This document shows, piece by piece, positions 56,407-58,445 of a DNA stretch of 58,445 bases (positions are counted from its first letter, which is position 1; every line of letters begins with the position of its first letter). A program made the translations under genes and the position numbers. The stretch covers positions 1 to 58,445 of IMG/VR virus record IMGVR_UViG_3300009159_005446; one strand, written 5' to 3'. The notes beneath the pieces are model-generated. The model saw nothing but the letters and a program-made list of their open reading frames with translations. It had not been told where the DNA came from and did no database searches. The DNA comes from a virus. Taxonomy: Duplodnaviria; Caudoviricetes.

Positions 56407-57348
56407 ATGACAAAGACGAATTTTTTAGCAACAATTATTTTGGCCATGGCACCCTTGGTGTCCATGAGTCAAAGTCAAACACCAATTAATATCACAGCAG
56501 TTACACCACAAGGTAGCCCTGCTCAATTTACCAATTACAGTGGATTGAACGCTACATTTACTTTTCAAACACAAAATACATTAAATAGTCCATTCTGTAA
56601 CACTGGTGCAGGCGATGTTTGCACCTTGCCAACTGCCACAGCCGGTGTGAACGCATACCCTATTGCTAACACACGCTGGGGCACATACAAACTCAACAAT
56701 CCCAATGCAGGCTCATGTGCTCCGACATTGTCATTTGGCGGTGCTCAATACTGCTTGTTGGAGTTCCACTTTCATGGACCAGCAGAACACTGGGTCAACA
56801 ACTCAGTGACTGATCTAGAAGTACACTTTGTTTATTTTAAACTGGCTGATTTGACTGGTCCTTATGGATTGTGCAATGCAGATAGTCTCCTGGTATTGGG
56901 TCAACGCATGGTTGGCAATGGCAACACACCAAATGCAGCCTGGGCTAGTGTGTTTAACGCAATACCGGCTGCCAATGCTAGTGGAGCAAATTCAGGTAGT
57001 ACTGTTAGCTTTAATATTGCAAGCATGATGGGCATGGCCAACTTCAATACAGCACCAAGCTATAGATACAGTGGCGGATTAACAGCACCAATTTCCATTG
57101 GTACACTGGGTGCCAACAGTACCTGTGTGGCAACTACTAACCCTGCCAACAGTCGTCCATGGTGGGGCAATCCACAGCGTCAACTAACTCAACAAGCATA
57201 TCCACAAATTGTGTCTTGGGTACTTTTTAGACAACCAATACAATTGTCTGTAGCACAAGTACAACAATTTAAAACTGTATTTCCTGATGGCAATGCCCGT
57301 GCTGTGCAGCCACAGGGTGCTACAGTTTATATTGCCAATCCAAATTGA
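56407..57348 (+). CDS. Secreted alpha-carbonic anhydrase
   Basis: Signal peptide; QTPINI, EFHFHGPAEH, LEVHFV (three Zn His), YRYSGGLTAP, VSWVLFRQPI, NARAVQP. Confidence 0.85.
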   Translation: MTKTNFLATIILAMAPLVSMSQSQTPINITAVTPQGSPAQFTNYSGLNATFTFQTQNTLNSPFCNTGAGDVCTLPTATAGVNAYPIANTRWGTYKLNNPNAGSCAPTLSFGGAQYCLLEFHFHGPAEHWVNNSVTDLEVHFVYFKLADLTGPYGLCNADSLLVLGQRMVGNGNTPNAAWASVFNAIPAANASGANSGSTVSFNIASMMGMANFNTAPSYRYSGGLTAPISIGTLGANSTCVATTNPANSRPWWGNPQRQLTQQAYPQIVSWVLFRQPIQLSVAQVQQFKTVFPDGNARAVQPQGATVYIANPN

Positions 57349-57365
57349 TATAACAAGGATTTAAT

Positions 57366-57929
57366 ATGTCTGGAAAAATAAGCGCAAGCGAGCAAAAGAA
57401 AGAAGATTGGATGAATTCCAAATGGCGTCCTGCCATGGGTTGGTTGTACATGTTTGTGTGTTTCTTTGACTTTGTACTTGCCCCTATTCTCTGGAGTCTT
57501 GTACAGGCCTTGTACAAAGGCGGTGTTAATGTACAATGGCAACCACTCACACTGCAAGGTGCTGGACTATTCCACATCTCCATGGGTGCTGTACTGGGTC
57601 TTGCCGCATATGGTAGAACACAAGAAAAACTAAATGGAGCAAACAATGGCGGAATCAACTTACCACCAAATGTCGGTACAACATATACGCCTCCGGCACC
57701 AACAGGACAGTCCATGCCCGGTGCGTTTGGTACACCAACAGCAACAACAGTCACTCAGTCCTGGGGATCAGCACCCCTGGGTGGCGGATTCGGAAGCTCG
57801 GCAGCCGGATTCGGGGCAGTACCACCAGCACCAGCCGGGTTCGGCAATGACTTTGGCGCACCAGCTGGGGTCACAACAGGCTTTGGCGGCAAGCCAGCAC
57901 CTGTAATCCCACCATTCCCAGAAAGATAA
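57366..57929 (+). CDS. Holin, 3TM (gene-transfer-release type), with Gly/Pro-rich tail
   Basis: WRPAMGWLY..FDFVLAP..GAVLGLAAYGRTQEK. Confidence 0.75.
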   Translation: MSGKISASEQKKEDWMNSKWRPAMGWLYMFVCFFDFVLAPILWSLVQALYKGGVNVQWQPLTLQGAGLFHISMGAVLGLAAYGRTQEKLNGANNGGINLPPNVGTTYTPPAPTGQSMPGAFGTPTATTVTQSWGSAPLGGGFGSSAAGFGAVPPAPAGFGNDFGAPAGVTTGFGGKPAPVIPPFPER

Positions 57930-57931
57930 AC

Positions 57932-58445
57932 ATGAAAAAACTATTGGCAATTATATCATTTGTACTACTGTCAACACCAGTGTTGGCCCAACCATCCACA
58001 GCTGGCATTACAACTTGCTCAGGTGAATACGCACTATGCGCCGCAAGCACTTGCAAGCCCACAGGCAAAATGATCACAGGCAACAACGGTGTAGCGTATC
58101 CTGAAGTAGAATGCAAGTGTCCTATTTTAAATGGTCATGCCATTGCCGATACTAGTGCAGGTAACATGCAAGGATCATGTGCCGCAACAGACAGCAATCA
58201 CGTTTGGAGTTTGTTTGCACCCAAATTGTTTTACCCGCAAGAAGCCAACAACTTTAGCCCACTACCCTGGAAACAAAAAGCCACAGTGCAAAAATGTGAT
58301 GCTAGTTTAAATCTCGGCGCACAATCAAGCAATTGCTTTAGTTGGAATTGCACTAAAGGTCCAGATGGCATAGCCGTATGTTCATGCCCTACTGGTCAAG
58401 TACCACCTGCAACATCATTCTTGACCGAAGCAGGTCAGGGAAACC
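57932..58445 (+). CDS. Secreted Cys-rich protein (partial)
   Basis: Manual translation MKKLLAIISFVLLSTPVLAQPSTAGITTCSGEYALCAASTC...; at least 11 Cys, open to window end. Confidence 0.75.
   Translation, partial: MKKLLAIISFVLLSTPVLAQPSTAGITTCSGEYALCAASTCKPTGKMITGNNGVAYPEVECKCPILNGHAIADTSAGNMQGSCAATDSNHVWSLFAPKLFYPQEANNFSPLPWKQKATVQKCDASLNLGAQSSNCFSWNCTKGPDGIAVCSCPTGQVPPATSFLTEAGQGN

Noticed and set aside
1-58445. Alternative genetic code (stop-codon reassignment)
   Set aside because: Recognisable genes are full length under code 11 and end in TAA, TGA or TAG; the short DnaE piece is followed by a promoter and an unrelated gene.
1-58445. Bacterial chromosome or integrated prophage
   Set aside because: Housekeeping-like genes are isolated among phage hypotheticals and virion genes rather than in their usual operons; no integrase or att site seen.
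1-58445. tRNA, rRNA, introns, inteins, diversity-generating retroelement
   Set aside because: No cloverleaf/T-loop signature, intein motifs or reverse transcriptase noticed by eye; tRNAscan-SE and Infernal would be needed to exclude them formally.

Overview
This window looks like part of a large (probably jumbo) tailed-phage genome rather than a cellular chromosome. Genes are densely packed and mostly short, with many near-consensus sigma70 early promoters and T4-like TAAATA late-promoter boxes. It carries virion genes (gp9/10-like N-terminus, Ig-repeat protein), lysis genes (GH19 endolysin, separated spanins, 3TM holin, T4-T-like holin, SleB hydrolase) and replication genes (RFC-like clamp loader, stand-alone DnaE fragment). 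Host-like auxiliary genes are abundant: ClpP, AhpC/AhpD, SOD, ErpA, NadE, IF-1, GroES, PhoH, alpha-carbonic anhydrase, an amino-acid binding protein, a DAACS symporter, a racemase and Bug/TctC. Bug/TctC and a DUF3563-like peptide hint at a freshwater Burkholderiales host (inference). Most notable: (i) a ~12 kb tailoring-enzyme cluster (diiron ferritin-like, GATase, Bug, sulfotransferase-like proteins, 2OG-Fe oxygenase, APS-kinase/nucleotidyltransferase fusion, ACP-like methyltransferase, SGNH paralogs, two amidinotransferases); (ii) a DGQH-motif plus HNH-like two-gene module resembling a split GmrSD/SspE; (iii) a four-micro-ORF cassette behind a PhaR-like palindrome; (iv) a recurring 18-bp operator-like palindrome at early promoters. 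All calls come from motif reading by eye; no database searches were run. No tRNA, rRNA or CRISPR array was seen.
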